NCBI GenBank assembly: GCA_019419995.1
Contig: JAHZHZ010000007.1
Coordinates: 2,402-66,401 of the forward strand
DNA: 64,000 nucleotides
Source: Clostridiales bacterium
GTDB lineage: Bacteria > Bacillota > Clostridia > Christensenellales > Aristaeellaceae
Direction: 5' to 3'
Shown here piece by piece: positions 28,618 to 37,145 of this stretch (position 1 is its first letter; each line of letters opens with the position of its first letter). The position numbers were made by a program, and so were the translations under genes. Under the pieces are notes generated by a model. That model saw only the letters and a list, made by a program, of their open reading frames with translations. It was not told the origin of the DNA and made no database searches.

Positions 28618-28637
28618 AATGCCCGGGAGGAAACAAC

Positions 28638-30011
28638 ATGGTGCATCAATATAAACTGAACGGTTACAACATCGTTCTGGACATGGCATCCGGTTCGGTG
28701 CATTCCGTTGACGATGTAGCCTACGACATCATTGCCATGTACAAGCAGGCTACCAAAGAAGAAATTTTCAACACCATTACATCCAGATATGGCGTTAGCA
28801 GGGCAGATGTTCAGGAATGCCTGGAAGAAGTTGCCGCATTGGAAAGCGCAGGCAAGCTCTTTTCCGAAGATGCCTATGAGGGCATGGCCTTTGATTTTAA
28901 AAAGCGGCCCACCGTGATTAAGGCTCTATGCCTGCACGTTGCCCATACCTGTAATCTCAATTGCAGCTATTGCTTTGCCAGTCAAGGTAAATATCACGGT
29001 GAGCGGGCATTGATGAGCTTTGAAGTGGGCAAGCAGGCTCTGGACTTTCTCATCGCTCACTCTGGAAATCGCAAAAATCTCGAGGTGGATTTTTTCGGCG
29101 GCGAACCGCTAATGAACTGGGATGTCTGCAAGCGCCTGGTGGCCTATGCCAGGGAACAGGAACCCATTCATAACAAGAATTTTCGCTTTACCCTCACCAC
29201 CAACGGCATGCTCATTGATGACGATGTAATCGATTTTGCCAATCGGGAAATGAGCAATGTGGTGCTCAGCCTGGACGGTCGCAGAGAGGTTCACGACCGT
29301 CTTCGGGTAGATTATGCCGGAAAAGGAAGTTATGATCGCATAGTCCCTAAATTTCAAAAACTGGTAGAAGCCAGAGGCGGTAAGAATTACTATATTCGAG
29401 GCACCTTCACCCGGCACAATTTGGATTTTACCAACGACCTCTTCCATATGGCCGATCTGGGCTTTTCAGAACTGAGTATGGAGCCGGTCGTCTGCGCTCC
29501 AGATGATCCCGAAGCGCTGCGGGAAGAGGATTTGCCCGTGCTGTTTGAACAATACGAAATTCTCGCCAGGGAAATGATCCGCAGAAAGCGGGAAGGTCGC
29601 CCCATCACCTTCTATCACTACATGATCGATCTCACCGGCGGTCCCTGCATTTACAAGCGCATCACTGGCTGCGGCTCCGGCACGGAATATCTGGCCGTAA
29701 CCCCCTGGGGAGAGCTCTACCCCTGCCACCAGTTTGTCGGCGATGAAAAATATGCTCTGGGCAATATCTGGGACGGCATTACCAATGAAAGCGTGCGGGA
29801 CCAGTTCAAGCTGGTCAATGCCTACGCTCGCCCCGAATGTAAAGATTGTTGGGCAAAGCTGTATTGTTCCGGAGGTTGCGCCGCCAATGCCTATCACGCT
29901 ACCGGCGATATCCGGGGCACCTATCGGTATGGATGCGAGCTGTTTAAAAAGCGCATGGAATGCGCCATCATGATTCAGGTAGCCGAGCACGATCAGGGGC
30001 AAAATCAATGA
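28638..30011 (+). CDS. SCIFF radical SAM/SPASM thioether-forming maturase
   Basis: 457 aa; CNLNCSYC (CX3CX2C), C-terminal SPASM Cys clusters (CIYKRITGCGSG, CKDCWAKLYCSGGC); immediately follows the SCIFF peptide. Confidence 0.93.
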   Translation: MVHQYKLNGYNIVLDMASGSVHSVDDVAYDIIAMYKQATKEEIFNTITSRYGVSRADVQECLEEVAALESAGKLFSEDAYEGMAFDFKKRPTVIKALCLHVAHTCNLNCSYCFASQGKYHGERALMSFEVGKQALDFLIAHSGNRKNLEVDFFGGEPLMNWDVCKRLVAYAREQEPIHNKNFRFTLTTNGMLIDDDVIDFANREMSNVVLSLDGRREVHDRLRVDYAGKGSYDRIVPKFQKLVEARGGKNYYIRGTFTRHNLDFTNDLFHMADLGFSELSMEPVVCAPDDPEALREEDLPVLFEQYEILAREMIRRKREGRPITFYHYMIDLTGGPCIYKRITGCGSGTEYLAVTPWGELYPCHQFVGDEKYALGNIWDGITNESVRDQFKLVNAYARPECKDCWAKLYCSGGCAANAYHATGDIRGTYRYGCELFKKRMECAIMIQVAEHDQGQNQ

Positions 30012-31351
30012 CCACGCCCATCTGTGATTTTGTTGCTCGCTATTGTATGACTCAAACTTCACGGCTGCACATGCCGGGGCACAAGGGAAAAGGGCCGCTG
30101 GGCTGCGAAAAGCTGGATATCACCGAAATTTCTGGCGCAGACGCCCTGTATGAGGCCGACGGCATCATCTCCGAAAGCGAGCGCAATGCTTCCGCCCTGT
30201 TTGGCAGCAGGCGCACCCTGTACTCCACGGAAGGTTCCTCGCAGTGCATACGGGCAATGTTGTATCTTGCCCTGAGTCGCACTGCATCCATTGCAGATAA
30301 ACCGGTGTGTCTGGCCGCCCGCAACGCCCATAAGGCCTTTCTCTATGCCGCTGCGCTCTGCGATTTTGACGTCCAATGGCTTCTGCCTGAGCAAAGCGGC
30401 AACTCTATCTGCGCATGTCCGGTTTCCCCGGAAGGTCTGGACCGCGCATTGGATCGCATGAAGCGTCTTCCTTTTTGCGTCTATGTTACCTCACCGGATT
30501 ACCTCGGCAACCAGCTGGACATCGCGGGGCTGGCAAAGGTCTGCCACCGCCGGGAAATTCCGCTGCTGGTGGATAATGCCCACGGCGCATACCTGAAATT
30601 TCTTCCTGATGGCATGCACCCCATGGAATCAGGCGCGGATATGTGCTGCGATTCAGCGCACAAGACATTGCCGGTGCTCACTGGAGGGGCCTACCTTCAC
30701 ATTTCTCACCATGCCAGGGAGTGCTACGAAGAAAATGCGCGCAGCGCCATGGCGCTCTTTGGATCTACCAGTCCCTCCTACCTGATTCTCCAATCGCTGG
30801 ACTTCGCCAACGCCGCCCTTGCAAGCGATTATCCGGCGCGCCTTCTGGAGTGCAGCCATCGGGTAAAAGCGCTCAGAAAGGTTCTGCTTTGCCGTGGATT
30901 TCAGGTTCTTTCCACCGAGCCTTGCAAGTTGACATTGCGCACCGATGGTTTCAGGGCTGCCCAATTGCTTCGTCAGTTCGGTGTGGAATGTGAATATGCG
31001 GATGCAGATTATCTGGTTTTGATGTTTTCTCCGGAAAACTCTCCGGAAGATTACGAACGAGTGGACCGGGCGCTCTCCTGTCCTCTCCCCTGCCCTTGCA
31101 AACAAGCTTTGCCCTCCATTGTTTGTCCCCGAGTATTGGATATTCGCAAAGCTATTTTTGCCCCCAGTGAATTGTTGCCCATTGAACAGGCAGAGGGCCG
31201 GATCTGTGCTTCGCCCACCGTGTCCTGTCCCCCGGCAATTCCAATTGTCATCAGTGGCGAACGCATTACTTCACAAGCCATTCAGGCATTGCGAAGCAAT
31301 GGGATTGTTCAAATCTCGGTGGTAAAAGAACCTCTTCCTTCAAAGTCTTGA
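30008..31351 (+). CDS. Orn/Lys/Arg decarboxylase-fold PLP-dependent enzyme (YaaO-like)
   Basis: ATG 30008 overlaps maturase TGA (ATGA); RLHMPGHKG, DSAHKTLPVLTGG (PLP Lys) motifs; 447 aa. Confidence 0.85.
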   Translation: MTTPICDFVARYCMTQTSRLHMPGHKGKGPLGCEKLDITEISGADALYEADGIISESERNASALFGSRRTLYSTEGSSQCIRAMLYLALSRTASIADKPVCLAARNAHKAFLYAAALCDFDVQWLLPEQSGNSICACPVSPEGLDRALDRMKRLPFCVYVTSPDYLGNQLDIAGLAKVCHRREIPLLVDNAHGAYLKFLPDGMHPMESGADMCCDSAHKTLPVLTGGAYLHISHHARECYEENARSAMALFGSTSPSYLILQSLDFANAALASDYPARLLECSHRVKALRKVLLCRGFQVLSTEPCKLTLRTDGFRAAQLLRQFGVECEYADADYLVLMFSPENSPEDYERVDRALSCPLPCPCKQALPSIVCPRVLDIRKAIFAPSELLPIEQAEGRICASPTVSCPPAIPIVISGERITSQAIQALRSNGIVQISVVKEPLPSKS

Positions 31352-31569
31352 AAATATCCCCAGCTATTTCCAATTCGTTCATACTGGGTTCACGGACTCC
31401 TGATAGAATTTAATCATTGAAGGAACCCTCCTTCTTCATACATATTCTTCACTGTCCCGCCTCACGGAGTCTGCAAGGGCGCCGCGCACAGGCGGGTCAG
31501 ACAATTTTGGTCGATTGTGATGTCCAGGCGCTGTCTTCCAAAAAAAATTCTCCCACCCTCTTTTTTAGC

Positions 31570-31598
31570 TTGACAACTCCTTAAAATCCTGATATAAT
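31570..31598 (+). promoter_or_regulatory. Consensus sigma-A promoter (TTGACA-17-TATAAT) for the tRNA-Ser pair, A/T-rich upstream
   Basis: Read directly; -10 ends 19 nt before tRNA 5' end. Confidence 0.75.
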
Positions 31599-31617
31599 TA
31601 AAAAGCTGGTGGTTCAA

Positions 31618-31706
31618 GGAGAGATGGCCGAGTGGTTGAAGGCGCTGGTCTTGAAAACCAGTGATGTCGAAAGGCACCGGGGGTTCGAATCCCTCTCTCT
31701 CCGCCA
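31618..31706 (+). tRNA. tRNA-Ser (anticodon UGA), encoded CCA
   Basis: GGAGAGA/TCTCTCC acceptor, CTGGT-CTTGAAA-ACCAG anticodon arm, long variable arm, GGTTCGAATCC T-loop; explains mirror ORF MAEREGFEP. Confidence 0.93.
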
Positions 31707-31721
31707 AAACTGAACAGGCAT

Positions 31722-31813
31722 GGAGAAGTACCCAAGAGGCCGAAGGGGCTCCCCTGCTAAGGGAGTAGGGTGGGATAACTGCCGCGAGGGTTCAAATCCC
31801 TCCTTCTCCGCCA
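31722..31813 (+). tRNA. tRNA-Ser (anticodon GCU), encoded CCA
   Basis: GGAGAAG/CTTCTCC acceptor, CTCCC-CTGCTAA-GGGAG anticodon arm, long variable arm, GGTTCAAATCC T-loop. Confidence 0.93.
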
Positions 31814-31819
31814 CCTGTG

Positions 31820-31857
31820 GACGTACTCAATATTGCGTTGAGTACGTCTTACTTTTT
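31820..31857 (+). terminator. Terminator after the tRNA pair
   Basis: Perfect 11-bp stem gacgtactcaa/ttgagtacgtc, then ttacttttt; a second hairpin gcagcc/ggctgc with flanking A/T runs lies at about 31871-31898. Confidence 0.85.
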
Positions 31858-32035
31858 GCATTTCATAATTAAAAGCAGCCTTAAACCGGCTGCTTTTTGC
31901 GTTTTCTGGCTGAAAGTCAGGCAGAATTGCCGAAAAGGAAAGCCCATTTTGAATTCAGCGCAACAGTTGATACGGTACAGCAACAGTTCAACCCCCTCGG
32001 CGCGAAAAGCTCATGGACGAATTTTCCGCGGCCCC

Positions 32036-33160
32036 TTATTTTTCAAATAGATCCAACAAATATCCATAGCCTTCAGCCTCCATTTGCTCGTAGGGAATAA
32101 AGCGCAGGGCAGCACTGTTGATGCAATAGCGTATGCCGCTGGGAGATTCGGGATCATTTCTAAATACATGGCCCAAGTGGGAATCCCCCGCACGGCTGCG
32201 AACTTCTGTGCGGCGCATTCCATAGCTATTATCCGCCAGCTCAATGATAACCGGAGTTTCAATGGGCTTGGAAAATGCAGGCCAGCCACAACCGCTTTCA
32301 AACTTATCCGTAGAAGAGAACAGCGGCTCCCCAGTTACTACATCCACGTAGATCCCCTTTTCAAATTGATTCCAAAATTCATTATCAAAAGGACGTTCCG
32401 TGTTATCTTCCTGGGTAACGCTGTACTGCTCCGCAGTCAGCTTATCGCGGATGGTCTCTGCAGCAGGTTTTTGATAATCGCCCGGATCAATCTTCAATCT
32501 GGAAAACAGTTCAATCTCTGCCCTGGGAATGTGGCAGTAACCACCGGGATTCTTTTCCAGATAGTCCTGATGGTATTCCTCCGCCGGATAGAAATTTTTG
32601 AGTGGACCAATTTCCACAAAAAATGTCTTGCTGCGTCCGCGTTCAATGGCCGCAATACGCTTCACCGTCTCCCCGGCCTCATCATTAGTATAGTAGATCC
32701 CCGTCTGATATTGGCTGCCACGGTCATTGCCCTGTTGGTCCTTTACCGTAGGATCAATGACATAGAAGTAGGCCATCAACAACGCATCCAGGCTGACCTG
32801 CTTTGGATCATATTCTACCCGAACCGTTTCCCGAAAGCCGGTATTTCCGGTACAGACCGCCTGATAGTTGGCATCGGACTCGCCGGTGCCATTGGCATAG
32901 CCGCTTTGGACATCGATCACGCCGGGAATGGACTGCATGAGTTGTTCCATCCCCCAAAAGCAACCGCCTGCCAGATAAATGATATTCTCGGTCATATCCA
33001 TGTGCATACTCCCTTCATCGGCCCCAGCCGAAGTCTGTTTCGATTCTCCATTTGAATTTGTCACAACTTCCGCTTCAAACAGTTGCCTGCACGAAGAGGA
33101 ACATCCACTTAAAAGCAGCGCCACAACCATCACAAGAACAAACAATCCCTGACGCACCAT
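32036..33160 (-). CDS. msrAB: Fused peptide-methionine sulfoxide reductase MsrA/MsrB with lipoprotein signal peptide
   Basis: LLLSGC lipobox; GGCFWGMEQ (MsrA), [15 protein letters not shown]...GCGWPAF and RYCINS (MsrB). Confidence 0.93.
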   Translation of the reverse strand: MVRQGLFVLVMVVALLLSGCSSSCRQLFEAEVVTNSNGESKQTSAGADEGSMHMDMTENIIYLAGGCFWGMEQLMQSIPGVIDVQSGYANGTGESDANYQAVCTGNTGFRETVRVEYDPKQVSLDALLMAYFYVIDPTVKDQQGNDRGSQYQTGIYYTNDEAGETVKRIAAIERGRSKTFFVEIGPLKNFYPAEEYHQDYLEKNPGGYCHIPRAEIELFSRLKIDPGDYQKPAAETIRDKLTAEQYSVTQEDNTERPFDNEFWNQFEKGIYVDVVTGEPLFSSTDKFESGCGWPAFSKPIETPVIIELADNSYGMRRTEVRSRAGDSHLGHVFRNDPESPSGIRYCINSAALRFIPYEQMEAEGYGYLLDLFEK

Positions 33161-33223
33161 CGAAATCCTCCTCTCGTTAATTCAGGCCACTTTCATTCTT
33201 CCTATGTTCTTCGCTGGGATTGG

Positions 33224-33255
33224 AAAAACGCCAGACCCGAACCCCGGGTCTGGCG
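33224..33255 (-). terminator. Terminator of the fur/QueD-like operon
   Basis: Minus strand: cgccagaccc-ggggttc-gggtctggcg followed by ttttt. Confidence 0.8.
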
Positions 33256-33309
33256 CATATCAGAGAGATTGATGTGTTTGTCTTCCGGGGAAACCATAGA
33301 TACAGCAGG

Positions 33310-33876
33310 TTATCCCTTCTTATACCCGCATTTAAGGCAGACACCGTTTTCATTCAATGCAATGCCACACAGCGGGCAGCGATCGATTTGATTATGGGTT
33401 TCGAATTCCGCCGAAGCCGCATTGACACCGCTGGTAAAGGTAATTTTGGCAATGTTCAGCTTGTCCTTTAACAGATCGTAGACAATTTTGATCATTCCCT
33501 CCACCGTCATAGTTTCCTTAGTTACTACCAAACGGCACTCCGGATAGGCAGTTGCCAACTCAGTCTTGAAAGCCGGCCCCTTCATTTGATTCTGCGGAGC
33601 ACCATTTCGAATCCCCTGATCCTCGTAGACCTTCAAAATTGCAGGCAACAAGGGATCATCCTCACGAAGAATCAATGCGTGGTCAAAGTTTTTGAGCACC
33701 TCCCACGCAGTTTTCTGAATTTCATTGCAGGGAAATACCATATTTACGCCAGAATTTACTGTATCTTCAACCTCGATGGTCAACACGCCAGTATGACCGT
33801 GCAGATATTGTGCCTCACCTTTAAAACCATAAAAACGATGGGCGTATTGGAGATCCAGGGTCGTAATGCTTCTCAT
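33310..33876 (-). CDS. 6-pyruvoyl-tetrahydropterin synthase/QueD-family protein, atypical (no catalytic Cys, C-terminal zinc ribbon)
   Basis: 188 aa; YAHRF...YLHGH (three Zn-ligand His), NFDHALIL; C-terminal CPLC-x9-CLKC. Confidence 0.75.
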   Translation of the reverse strand: MRSITTLDLQYAHRFYGFKGEAQYLHGHTGVLTIEVEDTVNSGVNMVFPCNEIQKTAWEVLKNFDHALILREDDPLLPAILKVYEDQGIRNGAPQNQMKGPAFKTELATAYPECRLVVTKETMTVEGMIKIVYDLLKDKLNIAKITFTSGVNAASAEFETHNQIDRCPLCGIALNENGVCLKCGYKKG

Positions 33877-33930
33877 ATTCTCATCCTCCTACAATCTATA
33901 TTTACGGGTTTGCGCGCCCGTATGCGCCTA

Positions 33931-34344
33931 TTATCGGGAAGGGATTGGAGACTCATCCTGTGTGGCGGTCTGCTGGCAGTTGGGACAGATCCCTGTAAAA
34001 ACCAAATTGTGACCGTTAATGGCAAATCCATGCGCATCTTTGACCAGGCGGATAAGATCCTCCATATAGTCCATTTCCACATCAAAAACGTGTCCACACT
34101 GCAAACACTTTGCATGATAGTGCCGATGTAGCCGATGATCAAAACAGTCCGGCCCGTCAGGCATCTCTAATTTCTGAATCTCACCATCCTCAGCCAACTG
34201 ATTGAGATTCCGGTAAACCGTCGCCTTACTGATATGCGGATGCTCCCGTGCAATGGCCTCATAAATTTCTTCTGCATTGGCGTGGCACCCCAAATTATTT
34301 ACGGTTTCAAGAACCAATGTCCGCTGAATCGTATTTCGCTTCAA
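33931..34344 (-). CDS. Fur-family metalloregulator (Fur/Zur/PerR subtype unresolved)
   Basis: KRNTIQRTLVLETV..., winged helix ATVYRNLNQL, HRLHRHYHAKCLQCG and CPNC structural Zn site; start proposed at TTG 34344 after GAGGGA (track start TTG 34377 would lie inside the operator). Confidence 0.85.
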   Translation of the reverse strand: MKRNTIQRTLVLETVNNLGCHANAEEIYEAIAREHPHISKATVYRNLNQLAEDGEIQKLEMPDGPDCFDHRLHRHYHAKCLQCGHVFDVEMDYMEDLIRLVKDAHGFAINGHNLVFTGICPNCQQTATQDESPIPSR

Positions 34345-34361
34345 TATCCGTCCCTCATTAT

Positions 34362-34376
34362 TGATAATTATTATCA
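34362..34376. promoter_or_regulatory. Perfect 7-1-7 Fur-box palindrome TGATAATtATTATCA
   Basis: Identical to B. subtilis Fur-box consensus TGATAATnATTATCA; 6 nt downstream of the -10 element, over the predicted +1. Confidence 0.75.
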
Positions 34377-34382
34377 ATTAGA

Positions 34383-34411
34383 ATTATATATCATTAAATC
34401 TTAATTGTCAA
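34383..34411 (-). promoter_or_regulatory. Consensus sigma-A promoter (TTGACA-17-TATAAT) of the fur operon
   Basis: Minus-strand reading; anchored on track ORF start 34405. Confidence 0.75.
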
Positions 34412-34620
34412 TAGTTTTTCTGAACAAAATACACACCACTGTTCTTCATACAGCGCGATGCCATGTTGTCCTCCCTGACACACATTCCGGAATCAATATA
34501 GCCGCATACTCCCCAATTATACCTAAGCTTTACCCCTATTTAGCTTACAAAAAACCAGGAGAGTATAGAACTCTCCCGGCAATTAAACTAGGCATATTCT
34601 CAGAGCTAAGGTTTTATCCA

Positions 34621-35928
34621 TTATCCAATGGTATAATCGCCATCCTGCACACAGTGCAGTTCCGTCTGGTAGAATGCAGTGAGCGCACGAACCATATATT
34701 CGGCATCCCGAGTACCCGCCGTTTCATAACTGGAATGCATGGCCAGCTGAGCAAGACCGATATCCACGGTGGGAACAGATACATGAGTACTGGAAATATT
34801 CCCCAAGGTAGAACCACCCACGATATCCGAGCGGTTAGCGTAATGCTGCACGGGCACACCTGCACGCCGGCAGATCTGTTCAAAGACAGCGTAGCTGACT
34901 GCATCTGTGGTATATTTTTGATTGGCGCTGAATTTGATCACCGGGCCCTCATTCATAAAGGGGCGGTTGATTGGGTCAGCCTTCTCAGGATGGTTGGGAT
35001 GCAGTGCGTGAGCATTATCTGCCGAAACCATGAAGCTGGAAGCCAGGTACGCCCGAAGGGTCTCTCCATCCGCACCCAGAGCTGCAGCCATCCGATACAA
35101 TACATCCTCCAAAAAACTGGAATCTGCCCCCTGTCGGGTACCGCTGCCCACTTCTTCGTTGTCAAACACACAATACAGGCGGACATGTTCTCCACCGGTT
35201 GATTCCGTAAAAGCACACAGCGAAGTATACGCACATTCCAGATCATCCAGTCTCGGTGAAGAAATGTAGCTGTCTTCTTCTCCCCAAATGCTGGGCGCCA
35301 TACGGTTATATAGGAAAAGATCACTTCCCGCCACATCCTGAGGATCCACACCAGCGGCCTCGGCTACACGTCGGGCAAAGCTGCCTTTCACGGAACTATC
35401 ACCGTAAAGGGGCAGCATGTCCACCTGAGCATTAAAGCTGCACTTCTCGTTGACCCCCCGATCCATATGAATAGCCAGATTGGGAATCAGCAGCATGTCC
35501 CGGTCGACTTGCACCAATTTGGTTTTCAATCCATCTTCCGTGCGCACCAGCAGACGTCCAGCCACAGAGAGGGGACGATCCAGCCAGGTACTTAGAATCA
35601 AGCCTCCGTAGCGCTCCGTATCAATCATTACATAATGTCCCTGACTATCCAGCTCGGCACAGGGCTTGACGCGAAAGCAGGGAGAATCGCTGTGACTGGC
35701 CACCCCCATCACCGGTGCGAACCCGCATTCCGGAATGGCAAAGGCAATCACGCTGGACTGATTTCGGGTAACAAAATAGCCCTTTCCCGGTTCAAGCTTC
35801 CATTTTTGGCCCTCCTGCAGAGGAAGATAGCCCTCTTGCTTTAAAATTTCACTGATTTGTTCTACCGCATGAAACGGACTTACCGACCGCTGCAAAAAGT
35901 TGCTGAGCCCTTTCAGAGTATATCGCAT
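34621..35928 (-). CDS. M18-family (aspartyl) aminopeptidase
   Basis: 435 aa; FLQRSVSPFHAV N-terminus, DNEEVGS, SADNAHALHPN motifs. Confidence 0.9.
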   Translation of the reverse strand: MRYTLKGLSNFLQRSVSPFHAVEQISEILKQEGYLPLQEGQKWKLEPGKGYFVTRNQSSVIAFAIPECGFAPVMGVASHSDSPCFRVKPCAELDSQGHYVMIDTERYGGLILSTWLDRPLSVAGRLLVRTEDGLKTKLVQVDRDMLLIPNLAIHMDRGVNEKCSFNAQVDMLPLYGDSSVKGSFARRVAEAAGVDPQDVAGSDLFLYNRMAPSIWGEEDSYISSPRLDDLECAYTSLCAFTESTGGEHVRLYCVFDNEEVGSGTRQGADSSFLEDVLYRMAAALGADGETLRAYLASSFMVSADNAHALHPNHPEKADPINRPFMNEGPVIKFSANQKYTTDAVSYAVFEQICRRAGVPVQHYANRSDIVGGSTLGNISSTHVSVPTVDIGLAQLAMHSSYETAGTRDAEYMVRALTAFYQTELHCVQDGDYTIG

Positions 35929-36009
35929 GCTTCGTTCCTCCCATGTATTGCTGCATACATTATACCTTGCTCCGCACCGGGTTTCCTCAAGCCTGTGTTA
36001 AAAATTCCG

Positions 36010-36038
36010 TTGACAGAAATCCCACCTCTTTCTATAAT
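36010..36038 (+). promoter_or_regulatory. Consensus sigma-A promoter (TTGACA-17-TATAAT)
   Basis: Read directly, anchored by frame of track ORF 35943. Confidence 0.7.
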
Positions 36039-36089
36039 ATATATGGATATTTTTATGTTCCAATGGACACAATTATGGAGGAAATGCTT

Positions 36090-37145
36090 ATGAAGAAATC
36101 TCAGGAAGCCCAACTGCGGCAAAAGTGCAACAATCTGGATGCCTACTGTGGATTTAAAGACTATATCTTTAACGACGGCCCCAATCGGGGCCTGCGGGCC
36201 TTTGATCTGAAGAACGGCCGCAATATTGAAATGACGATGCTGGCCGATCGCGGTCTTGATATCCCCTGCCTGAGCTACAAGGGCGTCAACATTGGTCTGA
36301 ACAACAAGGTAGGCATTCGCAGCCCCTATCTCTATCGTGAGGATGGCGCTTCAGGCTTCTTAAAGCAGTTCAATGGCGGACTGTTGACCACCTGCGGCAT
36401 CACTTACTCCGGTGCAGCTGGACAGGATGGCGACAAGTCGCTGGGCCTGCATGGTCCCTTTAACAACCTGCCCGCAGAACAAGTGTGTGCAGAAATTGAC
36501 TACGAAGGCGATGATCGGGTCATCCGCGTGTCCGGGCGCGTGCGCGAATGCGAAGTCTTTGCACAGGACATGGTCATGAAGCGTCGCTTTACGCTGGAAA
36601 CGGAACGGGATGTACTGCGCATCTGCGATACCGTAACCAATCAGGGCTATGAAAAGCAACCGGTGATGCTGATCTATCACATCAATTTCGGCTATCCCCT
36701 GCTGGATGCAGGCGCAAAGGCCTATTTCAGCGCACAGAAAGTAGAACCCCGCACTGAGTTCGCTGCGCAGGGCATGTCCAATTATTTTGAGATGGAAGAG
36801 CCTGGCTGCGGACGGGACGAGCAGTGTTACTACCACACCCAGCAGCCCGAAGAGGGCGAGGCCTTTGCCATGCTGCACAATGAGAAACTGGGCATGGCCG
36901 CCATCGTTCGCTTTGACCAAAAGCGTTTCCCCTTGATGTGTCAGTGGAAGTGCATGCGCGCTGGAGAATATGCCCTGGGTCTGGAACCCACCACCAGCGG
37001 AGTAGTCAACCGCAGTGAAGCGCGTCAGTTGGGCAATCTGACTTATCTGGAGGCGGGCGAATCCAGGGAATATAACGTATCTATCGAACTGACGGACGAT
37101 GCAGCCCTGATTGAGCACTACAAGTCCATCGCCCACAGGATGTGA
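36090..37145 (+). CDS. Aldose 1-epimerase-family protein (DUF4432-like)
   Basis: Start trimmed to ATG 36090 (GGAGGAAATGCTT-ATG); ...GLRAFDLKNGRNIEMTMLADRGLDI..., GLHGPFNNLPAE. Confidence 0.75.
   Translation: MKKSQEAQLRQKCNNLDAYCGFKDYIFNDGPNRGLRAFDLKNGRNIEMTMLADRGLDIPCLSYKGVNIGLNNKVGIRSPYLYREDGASGFLKQFNGGLLTTCGITYSGAAGQDGDKSLGLHGPFNNLPAEQVCAEIDYEGDDRVIRVSGRVRECEVFAQDMVMKRRFTLETERDVLRICDTVTNQGYEKQPVMLIYHINFGYPLLDAGAKAYFSAQKVEPRTEFAAQGMSNYFEMEEPGCGRDEQCYYHTQQPEEGEAFAMLHNEKLGMAAIVRFDQKRFPLMCQWKCMRAGEYALGLEPTTSGVVNRSEARQLGNLTYLEAGESREYNVSIELTDDAALIEHYKSIAHRM

Noticed and set aside
31462-31814. Minus-strand ORFs beginning MAEREGFEPP / MAEKEGFEPS
   Set aside because: This is the classic mirror translation of tRNA genes. 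The plus strand folds into two canonical class II tRNA-Ser genes.
31814-32035. Possible integrated element or att-site remnant downstream of the tRNA-Ser genes, a common integration hotspot
   Set aside because: Only two terminator hairpins and about 140 nt of spacer precede msrAB. There is no integrase gene, and I see no direct repeat of the tRNA 3' end.
34345-34377. Track start (TTG 34377) for the Fur-family gene, which adds MIIIINNEGRI
   Set aside because: This start would place the first codons inside the Fur-box palindrome and at the predicted transcription start. TTG 34344, preceded by GAGGGA, gives a typical Fur N-terminus (KRNTIQR...). It remains unverified.
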